Assembly (NCBI GenBank): GCA_002633005.1
Contig: NMRA01000085.1
Span: 413,464 to 477,463, forward strand
Length of the DNA: 64,000 nt
DNA from: Phoronis australis
Lineage: Eukaryota; Animalia; Phoronida
Reading direction: 5' to 3'
Positions 26,618 to 39,335 of the stretch are shown here, piece after piece. The position numbers and the translations under genes are program-made. How positions within the stretch are numbered: position 1 is the first letter of the stretch; every line of letters begins with the position of its first letter. The notes under the pieces were generated by a model. That model was not told the DNA's origin and made no database searches. It saw only the letters and a list, made by a program, of their open reading frames with translations.

Positions 26618-29600
26618 TCAAATGTAGACGAAGATAGCGAAGATGTCAGCATACCCGACGTTTACTGAAAAATATTAAAAAACTATTTTAAGTTTAAACA
26701 AAAAGTATGAGCAAGTATGACAGCGGAAAGTTTCAAACTTTTGTAGGGTAAGCCAACAAAAAATTGGGTAGCAGAAAATGGCGCCATGTACGCGTTACCT
26801 GTGAATTGAGTTGCCTGCTCATAAGACAACGAACCAGGGCTGGACAAGTGCTAGGTTTTGTGTATTACATCACAGAACCCTTTGGTTCAGAATTCTACTC
26901 TGACAATCAAACAATGGCAAAATGCCTAAGGGAATAAAGTTGCTAAAACGAAAACGTAGACAAACGTTCTTTATGTCTGTATTTAGCATGTACAACTGCT
27001 TCGAAAATATAGAATTTAGAGCCTATTTCGAAAAAGGTACAAAGCCATACATTGATGTTCCAAAGGCTGTACAATCTCAATTATTATCGACGGTTCAAGA
27101 ACATTATCAAAATGGTTACAGAAAAGTATGCTAAACTCTCTTCGATTCAAAACAGAAAGACCTATATAATACACAAGGGGGATATTTAGGCGTTAAGTTG
27201 TTACGCAGTAGAAGGTTGCCATGCCAACACTAACATCCTCTAGGGTAGTTAACTTTGGTAGAACCAGTGCTGTAAATAAACGTCGGCCAGCTTGACTGGG
27301 TCTCATATTTGCATGTACTGTTTCCCGAGTCTTCAACAAAGAACCAACCTGAAAGGAAAAGGAAATTCTCAAATTCTAAACAAGTATTTCTGATTTGTGT
27401 AACGAGATCGCTCCTGTGCAACTTTATCCGTAAAGTTATTTTACAAGTCTATGAATTTGTTTTGAAGCCTGATTGCCCCAACAATACATGTATAAATCTC
27501 TTATGTCCCAGGAGAAAAGAAAGCACATAAATTGTTTTCGATGGCCTCGTTTTGGAATGTCGGGCAAATTTTCCGAGGTCATGTCAAAAACCATCGAAGT
27601 GAATGGCCATGGAAATGTTCTAGATTTCAATCGCACACTAAGCATATACATGCAACCTTTAGATGTTCAGTTTGAGTTGCGTTAAGACTGACGAGGATTT
27701 AGAAGAACAGTAGTACGGGTTTCTTTACCGTCACTGAATGCTTTCCTTATCAAGTGACACAAGTCTTTAAATACATATTCAACCATTGATTATCTTTCAA
27801 ATTCTTATTGATCGCTGATTCGTACAAGTATAATGTACACATATTTGATTTTCAGTGTACACAACGAAGGCAAGAATTATATGGCCTTTCGATGCTTTTA
27901 AACACAATTTCGGTGAAGTGAGCGTTTTAATCCCTTACACAAATTTTTAAAAGAACCGTGCTACGGTACTCCATGTACTAACTTCGGTTTAATACACCTA
28001 CCCACATTGCCGCTGTCGGGGCTGCCATGGTAATCACATGTGTACTCCTTAGCGTTGATTATGAATCGTCTGAATGGATTGTTCTGACTCTTAGGCCTGG
28101 CAATAATCAAATTGAAGATTTTGTGATATACATGTATATTCTCGATAACATGCGAATGTAATAAAGGGGTTGTACATGTAAACTCGTATTTCTTCACAAA
28201 ATCTAACTTTTGACTTAAAGCCTAACTTCAACGGAATTTTGTTATTTTAGATGTATTGGGCTAACCAGATAGTCCTAGCAAAGTCTTAGTAAAATAAGGA
28301 AACGAGAGTTCAATCGCGCAAATGTAAGCCCGTCAAAGGATATGTGAAGCTGCCTTTTCGTGCTATGTTGCGTCACCGCGAGATCCCAGCAAACAACAAA
28401 AGGCCGAAAACAGTCTCTATTGAATAGGGGTCTGAATAGAACACCAATGCTTGCGGGTGTTATTCACAGCTGTTTGAAGGTGGTTCTCAGGTTCGCGGTG
28501 ACGTAGACAAAAGTTACGGAATGGATTGGAAGAGGTTTGTGCACGTAATTAATAGAGAAGAGTCTAAAGGCTTGTTGCGGCGGATCATTTTATGCCCGAT
28601 CGAGATCTCAAGCAATAAACATAGAGGTTTTTCCAAAGCCTAGAAACCTCTACTCATGTGTGTAGGGAACAAGCCGAGATAAGTTCTCTGGCAGCAGGTG
28701 TTCGTCTAAATAAATTTTTGACAGAACGTGGGTTAACCGCTTCGAGATATTGCTTTTTTTAATTTGGAAAGTCAGGGCTAGTAAAAGATTTCAGAACTTT
28801 CGCATTAAAGTTTTATCAAGTAACCTACAGTGTATATCACCGTTTGTCGACATGTTTACTCAACAATGTCTTTCAGCATAACGAAACAACGAGATGTTTT
28901 GGCATTCATGTTCAAGGCGAGATGTAAGTCGCCCTTTCGTATATCATAAATACATGTACGATAACACACGCCCTACTCAAAATACATTTCATAATACGTT
29001 TTCAGTTGATGTTAACGTTTCCTCACCCTTGAGCGCTGAACGCATCCGTTGTGGCAGCAATACTTAGATCAGTCCACGAGGACCCAGTGAGACGCATTTT
29101 TTCAAACCAGTTCATCTTGTTAGTGTGATCCCCGTTGAAGTATGCTACCTTCGCCGGAAGCAAACTTCCTTCCTCATACAAAGCGACCGCCACCTACATA
29201 TATAAATGAAAATTTTCATCATCATATATTATTATCACCATCGTTATCATCGTCATAGTGGTTGTCATTGTAGTTGTCTTCGTCAGCAGCATCTTTATCA
29301 TCATCGCCATCACCATCACCACCACCGTCATCGTCATGATCAATGTTAGAGCCATCACAATTATCATGGACGTCATCATCTGCTGCTGCACCCAGCATTC
29401 TGACTTAAGCATTGCTTGAGGGAAAGACATTAAGTTGAATAAAAGGCATGATGTTGAGTAAAAGTGACACTGGTTTAATTGCTGGCGATGTTGCACCTTT
29501 TTATTACTTTTGTAAGTATGTTCCTCAACCATGAAACAACTCAGTCAATCACTGTCATAATTGAAGTATGAGAAGATCTACAATTTGGGACGCCCTGATA

Positions 29601-30805
29601 AGAAGACACGTTACGACAAAGCACGTCATTCCTTAAATAGCTCCAGGCTAAAACCATTGAAGGCCAATTGGATTAGTTTTTCAAATCTACCAAAAGAAGA
29701 GCTTTCAACAGGAACTGATCCCTGCAACTCACTTTCGATATTTCAAGGCTTGCCCATCTTTCAACGAAGATACTCTTGAAGTGACACCCACAATGAGAGT
29801 TCAAAGCCATCTGTAGGGGTGTTGGATTAGCTGTGAATTTGGTTGACGACCAGAGACCGAACACCGACTGGTTGTTGCCTCGACTGGCTTTAAACACCAA
29901 GTTCCAACCGGGGTAAGGATATTGGTCTTCCTCGCTGAAAGAAAGCGAGACATCCATTGAAGCTGTAGCAACTCCTTGCTTGAACAATGAATAGGGTCAC
30001 AGTTACTGTAGCTACTCTTAAAACTAGTCAAAGTATTTTTGTACATGTGATAACAGGTGGACAATTGTTTGTTCTAAATTTGTGTTATGTCATGAGCTTT
30101 TGATTCAGACCACTTATCGTTATAAAATTGATCTCATCTTACTCAGATGGAAAGTGATTTCTGGGCTTGTAAGTACATGTACATGTAAATCACGGTTCGT
30201 TATTCCGTCAGACAATGTTGTCGACGCATTAGACGACATGAAGTGACATGACACTTTGTAGAGCCTGGTCCTAAACAATCATGGCGATCTGACAGTTTTT
30301 TGAAGATGTGAAATCACCTTCAACTTGACAAAAGAGGCACCTTAAGACTAATTTTTAACGATAAGTAATCAAAAATATTTTTTGTGATGAAAGTCGCTTT
30401 AAAAAACTCAGTTTAATATTCTGTTAGATTTGTCTGATTGACTTTAACCACAGTTGCTTATCTGACCTAAAAGGTAAAACCTACCACGTTTTTCACTGTG
30501 ACAAAACATGGGCCCTGCAGTTTGAGGTTAGCCGTATCTTTCCAAAAACTTTGTCACGCTTGTCGACTTTGTGGAATATCTAATTAGCTTTCAAATTTGG
30601 ATTACAGTGATTATTAATTTGCCTGAAAGACTTAAGCGATGTAGTGGCATTTAATACCTGTTAATTGCCTGAAACAACGGTGAATATTCTTTTACTTTAT
30701 TGAGTATCAGTAGCCAGCATTTCCTTACCTTTTTACTTCGTTAGCGGAGAAGGCACAGCTTGTCACACATAACAAAATTCCTGCAATGATACATCGTCGC
30801 TGCAT
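26618..30805 (-). CDS. Uncharacterised secreted protein (~233 aa), paralog B
   Basis: Exons 30729-30805, 29733-29934, 29027-29193, 28002-28096, 27235-27348, 26618-26664 (702 nt). Translation MQRRCIIAGILLCVTSCAFSANEVKS EEDQYPYPGWNLVFKASRGNNQSVFGLW...HCGCHFKSIFVERWASLEISKVAVALYE...YFNGDHTNKMNWFEKMRLTGSSWTDL...RRFIINAKEYTCD...GWFFVEDSGNSTCKYE...WPTFIYS...VGYADIFAIFVYI*. Exon sizes 202/167/95/47 are identical to paralog A. Minus-strand AATAAA at 26460-26465. Confidence 0.88.
29215..29385. repeat. Degenerate (CAT)n microsatellite in intron 2 of paralog B
   Basis: CAT/CAC/CGT triplet run; a more decayed (GAT)n tract lies in the same intron of paralog A (~20305-20495). Confidence 0.8.
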
Positions 30806-30901
30806 TTCTAGGAAAGTTTTTGTCGCTGTTCAGCCTTTGAACGACTCGCCTTCAACTACACCCCTTTGATGAGACGATGGTTGAAACGAAGCGTTTGCGA
30901 T

Positions 30902-30978
30902 TATATTTATACCAATTGATCTTAATGATCCGGCAGGTTCACGTGATCCGAATTCGTGACTGGGGAAAACCAATCAGC
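30902..30978 (-). promoter_or_regulatory. Candidate TATA box and CCAAT element of paralog B
   Basis: TATAAATATA on the minus strand at 30902-30911, about 100 nt upstream of the ATG at 30805; CCAATCA near 30971. Confidence 0.4.
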
Positions 30979-31128
30979 TATCGATAACAGCACATCCTGC
31001 AGTGTACGGTTCATAGACAGCAAACGTACTTTTTAATTTGTTAAAACAAGCCACTATGTGTTGAAAGATACCTTATCGGGCAAAGCCTCTTACACACCTT
31101 ATACTGTACATGTACACTGTACACCGTT

Positions 31129-34100
31129 TACGATGCCACGATGATGGAACGCATAGATGTCTATGCAGATTAAACTTTAACAAAGTGTAAATATGAAATC
31201 AGCACACATGTTTTGAAGAAAACCAAAATGATTCAACACCCAACGGGCATCATTCAAATCAAATAACAGAAACGAAACAACTTTTCCTTGCATGTTTGGG
31301 CTCAAAGTCAAGCATTTTATCACAACTATGCCATGGCATGGCACCGTTGATACAAACATTCTGTTTTAACTTAGAAAACATTACTTTAAAAAGATTGTTG
31401 CTGGTTTTATTATGAATATAACTGTTTTGAAACTTTATTTTCTGAAATGTGTGATGACGTGAAGAATCTTTTGTTTCTATGTTACACATTACTTGGATAT
31501 CAACTGTGATGCATTCTTTGTATTCTTAAATAATTGTATAGTTTGATAAAGAATTTAAAAACATATACTAATTGTAATGATAGTGCATGCAATACTTCAG
31601 TACTATTTATTTGGTAAATGTAAAGTTTCCCCAAAACACAAAAAACGCAATGAATATAAAATTTGTGAAAATACAATACAGTTTACATGAGTTTAGGTGC
31701 CATGGTCCGAACATTTTAAAATTCGTTGCAAAGCGGATCACTGAGTTTTCTAATTAGAGGAGGAGTCAGTGGAGGATTTATGGGGGGCAAGGGGGCCATG
31801 GCCCCCCTAAAATTCTCCCAGATTCCATTTGGCAGTTTGAGGGTGCGAATGTCTGATGGGCAAAATTCTGGTTATCACTCTGCCCTGCTACCCCCCCCCC
31901 AACTCAAAATTCTGTATCCGCCCCTGGGAGTATGAATCGTTTATTCGACAATGCAATGACTGCTTTCGGGGCTGATAGTTCCGGAGACCGGAACAATCTT
32001 CTCTTTCGCAACGTAAACAGAGAATTTAATCCCATAATTCCTAAATTATAGACCATAAATCAACATCTCAACCTCACCTACCAATCACTTCGATGGGTGC
32101 CATTTTGGTCAAACTACACACTCGCGAAACAATCGTTTTTTGCTCACGTGATTTTGCGAGGTCTTGTTTTTTCGCAAGAAACTAGATCTATGAAACGCTG
32201 TTCAGAGTCTGAACAGTTTGGAACAACATAATGAATTTGTTGGAAATTGTATTTCGCTATTTTAATTTACGTTGAAGGATCAAACAGCAAGTTTTTCATG
32301 TTACACCTTATTTCTGAGACATCTGGTGAAATATGCACAACCAGCAACAGTGATGGCAATGCCCTGTGGCTGAGAATGACGCCAACCTTGAGAAAAACAC
32401 ACCTTAACGGCTCTGGGCCTAAACCAGTTTTTAACAATGAATCATCAGTGAATCAGTCAAATCATTCCCTTAGTGAGATGAATGTAAGCGTAAATCGGCC
32501 GGCCAGCATGTATTAAGTTGACTTACATGTAAGGGTCGATCATGCAACTACTAGTTTGGTGCGATTAATTTCCCGAACACCGTTGCGCACCGTTTCATAA
32601 TATTCATGAAAAAAACACTGGGATAAATTTCTGGTACATATGTACATGCTATTAGGAAGAGATCTCTTCCAGATGCTATGTAGTTCTCTGTTGCCATTAT
32701 TAGCTTTAGTATGTATGAAATTTACCGTTAACTTCCGAAAAAGTTCCGTTCCGTTTTCTTGAATTGGTGATGGTTTCGATATTCTTGTTCGTAACTGAAA
32801 TCGAGTCTCAGCGCGATGTGAAATATTACGAGGCCAATTTTATGAGAGTTAAAGGATTCAATTAAATTTTCGCTTTTAGAGAAGCCGTAAACTGGCGAAC
32901 TGCGGCAGCTTTAATAATGACTAGAGCAGAGTTTGACCAATAGCTCTCCGGCAGTGTGAGCTGACGCCAATATAACCTGAAATGGGATTGTTTTCAATGT
33001 TTTCCCAATACCTGAGGGTGTGCATCTGTGCAACAAAAGTAATAAGGAATAGAAAAGGCGACATGAAATCATTAAGCCTCAAGAAATTGGGTCACTGATG
33101 TCCAAAGGCTCATAAAATATCCCTGCCATCATTCTGTATCGAGCCACGTCTCGATGGGTAAATGCCGGAAAACCCCATGCAACGCATGCGTGCGTTCCCA
33201 GCGACAAGACAGATAGCTTCGCTCTGGAAACTGAGCAGGCAGTCTTCTCCCTACGATTTGCTTGTGTCCTCCAGTCGCCTCAAATTTCGATCCCTTCGTC
33301 GTCACTTTTAATGTACTTTAATATGGAACGCTGTCGCGTTCTTTTGAGTACGCGCGCATTTCACTTGTCATTCNTACGATGCCACGATGATGGAACGCAT
33401 AGATGTCTATGCAGATTAAACTTTAACAAAGTGTAAATATGAAATCAGCACACATGTTTTGAAGAAAACCAAAATGATTCAACACCCAACGGGCATCATT
33501 CAAATCAAATAACAGAAACGAAACAACTTTTCCTTGCATGTTTGGGCTCAAAGTCAAGCATTTTATCACAACTATGCCATGGCATGGCACCGTTGATACA
33601 AACATTCTGTTTTAACTTAGAAAACATTACTTTAAAAAGATTGTTGCTGGTTTTATTATGAATATAACTGTTTTGAAACTTTATTTTCTGAAATGTGTGA
33701 TGACGTGAAGAATCTTTTGTTTCTATGTTACACATTACTTGGATATCAACTGTGATGCATTCTTTGTATTCTTAAATAATTGTATAGTTTGATAAAGAAT
33801 TTAAAAACATATACTAATTGTAATGATAGTGCATGCAATACTTCAGTACTATTTATTTGGTAAATGCAAAGTTTCCCCAAAACACAAAAAACGCAATGAA
33901 TATAAAATTTGTGAAAATACAATACAGTTTACATGAGTTTAGGTGCCATGGTCCGAACATTTTAAAATTCGTTGCAAAGCGGATCACTGAGTTTTCTAAT
34001 TAGAGGAGGAGTCAGTGGAGGATTTATGGGGGGCAAGGGGGCCATGGCCCCCCTAAAATTCTCCCAGATTCCATTTGGCAGTTTGAGGGTGCGAATGTCT

Positions 34101-35620
34101 GATGGGCAAAATTCTGGTTATCACTCTGCCCTGCTACCCCCCCCCCAACTCAAAATTCTGTATCCGCCCCTGGGAGTATGAATCGTTTATTCGAAAATGC
34201 AATGACTGCTTTCGGGGCTGATAGTTCCGGAGACCGGAACAATCTTCTCTTTCGCAACGTAAACAGAGAATTTAATCCCATAATTCCTAAATTATAGACC
34301 ATAAATCAACATCTCAACCTCACCTACCAATCACTTCGATGGGGGCCATTTTGGTCAAACTACACACTCGCGAAACAATCGTTTTTTGCTCACGTGATTT
34401 TGCGAGGTCTTGTTTTTTCGCAAGAAACTAGATCTATGAAACGCTGTTCAGAGTCTGAACAGTTTGGAACAACATAATAAATTTGTTGGAAATTGTATTT
34501 CGCTATTTTAATTTACGTTGAAGGATCAAACAGCAAGTTTTTCATGTTACACCTTATTTCTGAGACATCTGGTGAAATATGCACAACCAGCAACAGTGAT
34601 GGCAATGCCCTGTGGCTGAAAATGACGCCAACCTTGAGAAAAACACACCTTAACGGCTCTGGGCCTAAACCAGTTTTTAACCATGAATCATCAGTGAATC
34701 AGTCAAATCATTCCCTAAGTGAGATGAATGTAAGCGTAAATCGGCCAGACAGCATGTATTAAGTTGACTTACATGTAAGGGTCGATCATGCAACTATTAG
34801 TTTGGTGTGATTAATTTCCCGAACACCGTTGCGCACCGTTTCATAATATTCATGAAAAAAACACGGGGATAAATTTCTGGTAAATATGTACATGCTATCA
34901 GGAAGAGATCTCTTCCTGATGCTATGTAATTCTCTGTTGCCATTATTAGCTTTAGTATGTATGAAATTTACCGTTAACTTCCGAAAAAGTTCCGTTCCGT
35001 TTTCTTGAATTGGTGATGGTTTCGATATTCTTGTTGGTAACTGAAATCGAGTCTCAGCGCGATGTGAAATATTACGAGGCCAATTTTATGAGAGTTAAAG
35101 GACTCAGTTAAATTTTCGCTTTTAGAGAAGCAGAAAACTGGCGAACTGCGGCAGCTTTAATAATGACTAGAGCAGATTTTGACCAATAGCTCTCCGGCAG
35201 TGTGAGCTGACGCCAATATAACCTGAAATGGGATTGTTTTCAATGTTTTCCCAATACCTGAGGGTATGCATCTGTACAACGAAAGTAATAAGGAATAGAA
35301 AAGGCGACATGAAATCATTAAGCCTCAAGAAATTGGGTCACTGATATCCAAAGGCTCATAAAATATACCTGCCATCATTCTGTATCGAGCCAGGTCTCAG
35401 GTGGGTAAATGCCGGAAAACCCCATGCAACGCATGCGTGCGTTCCCAGCGACAAGACAGATAGCTTCGCTCTGGAAACTGAGCAGGCATTCTTCTCCCTA
35501 CGATTTGCTTGTGTCCTCCAGTCGCCTCAAATTTCGATCCCTTCGTCTTCACAATGTACTTTAATATGGAACGCTGTCGCGTTCTTTTGAGCTAGTACGC
35601 GCGCATTTCACTTGTCATTC
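31129..35620. repeat. Tandem duplication of a 2246 bp unit joined at a single N (probable allelic assembly artefact)
   Basis: 31129-33373 is repeated at 33375-35620 with scattered SNPs and small indels; the junction base 33374 is N. Confidence 0.9.
31767..31926. mobile_element. ~160 bp MITE, same family (repeated at 34013-34172 inside the tandem duplication)
   Basis: CAGTGGAGGAT...ATCCGCCCCTG flanked by the direct repeat GGAGT (31762-31766 and 31927-31931). Confidence 0.7.
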
Positions 35621-35758
35621 AAATGTATGGAAGCTACCGTTTCTTCTAAAACATGAAGCTAAGCCTCGCCAGTAAGCTAAAAATGAAAATGATCAGTAAA
35701 ATATAGCACTGAGCAGTCCATACCTCCGATACAAAGCACTGAAGAATGATCGATACCA

Positions 35759-36202
35759 TGACAGTACCACCTTCTCAAATGTCCCCAGTGGAGACGGTGG
35801 CCCATCATACGCAGGAAGATTTTCGGCGACTCCATGTTACTATAAGCATCTGTTGCGCGTATAGGGTCACCTTAGGAAACCCGGTCGTTGACTGATGTCA
35901 CGTAATCAAACCGTTTTTTCGAACAGTCCTTCGTTCAGTGGCCCAAATCGGCAACTAGCCATTTTTACACTGCTCGCGCAACAAAAAGGGGACATGACGT
36001 CCGTCTCGAGCAGGGAGTAAACACATCAACTACTTAGTAAGGTGTCCCTCTACTATGATATGTAAAAGGTATTTATAGCAACATGAATTTAAAGGATTAA
36101 TGTGTGTGAGACATAATTAGCCTAAAATCTTCCGGCATATGGAGGGCCTATGGGATGTCCACCGTCTCCTCTACTGGGCCAGTTGAGATGATGGTACCGT
36201 CA
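35759..36202. mobile_element. Older degenerate relative of the MULE-like MITE
   Basis: Inverted ends TGACAGTACCACC...GATGGTACCGTCA, each with the subterminal hairpin. The right arm 36040-36202 aligns by eye to the MITE TIR (GGTGTCCCTCT...AAAAGGTATTTATAGCAACATGA...GTGAGACATAATT...CTTCCGGC). Confidence 0.6.
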
Positions 36203-38678
36203 AGATCGACGCCGACGTGACTGACCAGACAGTCTAGACTAATTCAACGTTTCACCGTATCGAAGAGAGACGAGACCATTGGTGTTCAGTTGGTAAGCAT
36301 GAAACTGCCGCTAATTACTTAAAAATTATTAATTAAGACTACTCAATTACATCTAGGACCAATATCATGTATATTACTCCCAGATTACATTTAAACTTTT
36401 CGCCGTGTAATCTTCAGCAGGCTGACCGCGGTGCGCGAATTGACTACATTGACTATGCAGAGACCGTGGATCGTTCAAATGAGGTCTCTGAAGCAGATCG
36501 GACGTCGTCAAAAGGTAGATTTGAGGCTTTTCCGTCGATGGTCCGGGTCGCACGTGTTGCCGAATAAGTAGAATTATGAACGTTAATGTTTTGTACTGGC
36601 GGCAGATAGGAAGCCTTTGGTCAACAATTGTTTTAAGCATTTGATCTTCCCTAGTCATAGTACTGAACCGTTGGGCACAGGCTACAGTATCTGCCTTCTT
36701 TTGCTCACTCACGGTGAGTACTGTACATAGTAGGCTAGTTCTTGCACCCGTGTAAACCATCTAAGCGAGTCACCGTAGGCAAAATAATGAATAAATTCAG
36801 TCGCGGAGCCATTATTGAATTTACATGTATATGCATACAGTAGCAGAAATATAGACATGTTTTAAACCCACGTTCCGAACGAAGTTCGTCAAAGAAACCA
36901 CGTGGTTCCAGGTTATTGGTAAGATTTGCAATCGCTCGGTCGTTATTGCTTGAGTCATGCCCAGTGCGCAGTGCCACTAGTTACTCCCATTGGGTACATG
37001 CACTCACGGTCCCGGCGACATTCCAACCTTTTGAGCCTGGTCTGAAACAATGGTTCAGTTCTTACGAAAAGCCCAGAAATTTGAATAAAGATCAAGTTGA
37101 GGCCAATTTCATGACAGCAAGCTGTTGAAATATAAAATCTGACGGACCCGGTTGTATCTAGCCGGCTACTGCAGCTTTTAAGTGACAAAATCAGCGAGAA
37201 AACGGGTTTTCTGAGACCGGCTTCAACGTGGAATCACACCTACAGCCTTAGCGGTCGCATTCCAGCACTTTGCTGGTGGAACCCAACCTCTCTAGTAATG
37301 GTTGACTATTTTAAGCGTAAATGACTTAACTGCAACGTCACTGACCTTGAAAATTCCATGATTTCTGACAGACCATCGTGCAAGGATTGGGGATTTGTTT
37401 TAAAATCACAAAACGCAATGATTTTCTTGTTTTATAGCTCTGGTTAAAACTAACGGCTTCATTAAGATATGTATCCCATCTAACATTAATCCCCAAAATA
37501 TGTTTGTTGGCGACAAAACCGATAACGTCCGAAGCCCGTGTAGAAGCTGGCAGTTATGTTAACTTATGTTGTGGGTTTCGCCAAGAACTCTTTTTATAAA
37601 GAGAATTAGCATTCCGTATTTCAATGAGCGCTCTGCACATCGTACTAAGACGGAGGCAATTCAAGTTGTCGACTTCTAATGATAAAATGTCTATTAATTT
37701 TAAAAAAATAAGATCAAAAATCAAAATTAAGATTGTTTCTCTTCGCGTGACTACATGTAGTTGTTCAAAAAGCGCACACTGATCATAAAAGTTGGGAAAA
37801 TAAAACAAAATCTCAGCAGTGTTAGTAGCTTCAGGGAAACAACGTAGGTATACGAGCGTGTACTAGAACAGTGTCACCTCCTTATGGCATTTTTTTGTCT
37901 TTCGCTAATGTGGAAGAGATAATTGGATACATTTCTGTCTTTCCCCGTCATTTAATGGTCGACACCAGCAAACCTTGCTCGTCTCATTTTTTCGATCTAG
38001 CTCCGAGTCTTCTAGGCTAACAGATATTGATCACAATAAAATATTTAAAGAACAAGCCCAGGTTCTATGCCCGGTCTTATTTTCAGCATTTTTTATTTTA
38101 CTTTTGTGCGAACTCAAGTGTCTTGTTCAATGCTCGAGTAAACAATGGGTTAAGTTAAGAAATGCAATCCCAGTTTGCTCTAGATGACCCTAGACTCATA
38201 AGTTTGAAATTTTTACTCGAAATCTCGTACACTTGTATGCATAAACCACAGCCTACTCGAGCAATTATCAGTAGTTAGTACAAAAGTAGAACGGAAAATG
38301 TCAAAAATTCCGAGTTCGATTCGATTTCGGCGCTGGTTATCGTATGCACTAATCGTCTGTTTATGTTAAAAAATGGGAGAGTGTTTACGAAGTGTTTCCT
38401 TCATTGATATCACCTCCGTAGTCATTCACGGCTTTCTTAACATGACCACTCTGTCTCGACAGTATCACCACCTAGTCAGTGCTGGATCCGTAATCTCGCA
38501 AGTGGGTAGGGCAAACAGTTTTCCTAAGAGAAATTTCCAGGCCGCCCGGCACAAAAGCATAATTGTTTCCATAAGGCGGGGCAACCTCCTGGCCCACAAA
38601 GTTCTATGGGAAAATTGATTACCACATCTTGTGCATTGGTCAGAAAATACTCAAAACTGCCTTCAGTCAACATCACAC

Positions 38679-38684
38679 TTTATT
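38679..38684 (-). terminator. Candidate polyadenylation signal of COP1 (implies ~1.65 kb 3' UTR)
   Basis: Minus-strand AATAAA, followed by GT/T-rich sequence on that strand and a shift to CpG-richer intergenic DNA. An alternative AATAAA lies near 39574-39579. Confidence 0.4.
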
Positions 38685-39007
38685 GGTTAGCATTACTTTA
38701 ACAACAGTACACTACAATTCAATGTCGATCAGTGATCAATCAATTTCTTCCAGAGATTACCCCTCAAAGAATTCCGGGTAAGTCAACCCAGCAAGGGTAT
38801 GACTACCTTGAGGTATTTGTCAATCACAGCACAATGCGGCGGTTAGCATGAACACGGTGACGACAAGGCAGACACCATTCGTCAGATGGCGCTCAAGTAT
38901 CCCACTTCAACCTATGCCATTATACAACGACTCCCCACAAACTGGCCATTTCCGACCACATAAAAATAGCCATCGTTGCAAACATATTAGTGAAGCAAAC
39001 TGAATAT

Positions 39008-39335
39008 TTAAAGCTGCACTCGCCCTGTTAAGCTGGCTGAAAAACTAAAATCAAATCGGGCAATTTATTCTGATAAAATCAGTCTCATAATATTCCTTAC
39101 GGTGATAGGATTCTATTTCCGTTACCAACAAGACCTTGGAGACCTTCAACAACTCAAGATAATGCTTGTGTGTTATTGGTGCTGGCCAAACCTAACATTG
39201 CCGATTAGAAAATAGCACCAGTACGCTTTCCTGTGACATTAGCTGCAGACTCCTTCGCTAGTGATTCTAGATCGGATGGGCACTTTGGGTAATAATTCAA
39301 CTTAACAGCTAAACAGAGACGAAATGCAGCTTTAT
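39008..39335. mobile_element. Short TTAA-type (Kolobok-like) MITE in the putative COP1 3' UTR
   Basis: TTAAAGCTGCA...TGCAGCTTTA inverted termini; a similar left end occurs near 45587. Confidence 0.4.

Noticed and set aside
29194-29532. 112-aa Met/Thr-rich ORF
   Set aside because: Translation of a (CAT)n microsatellite within intron 2 of paralog B.
31177-34762. Duplicated ORFs suggesting tandem genes
   Set aside because: Short, mostly non-ATG starts with no recognisable motifs; they recur only because of the 2246 bp duplication.
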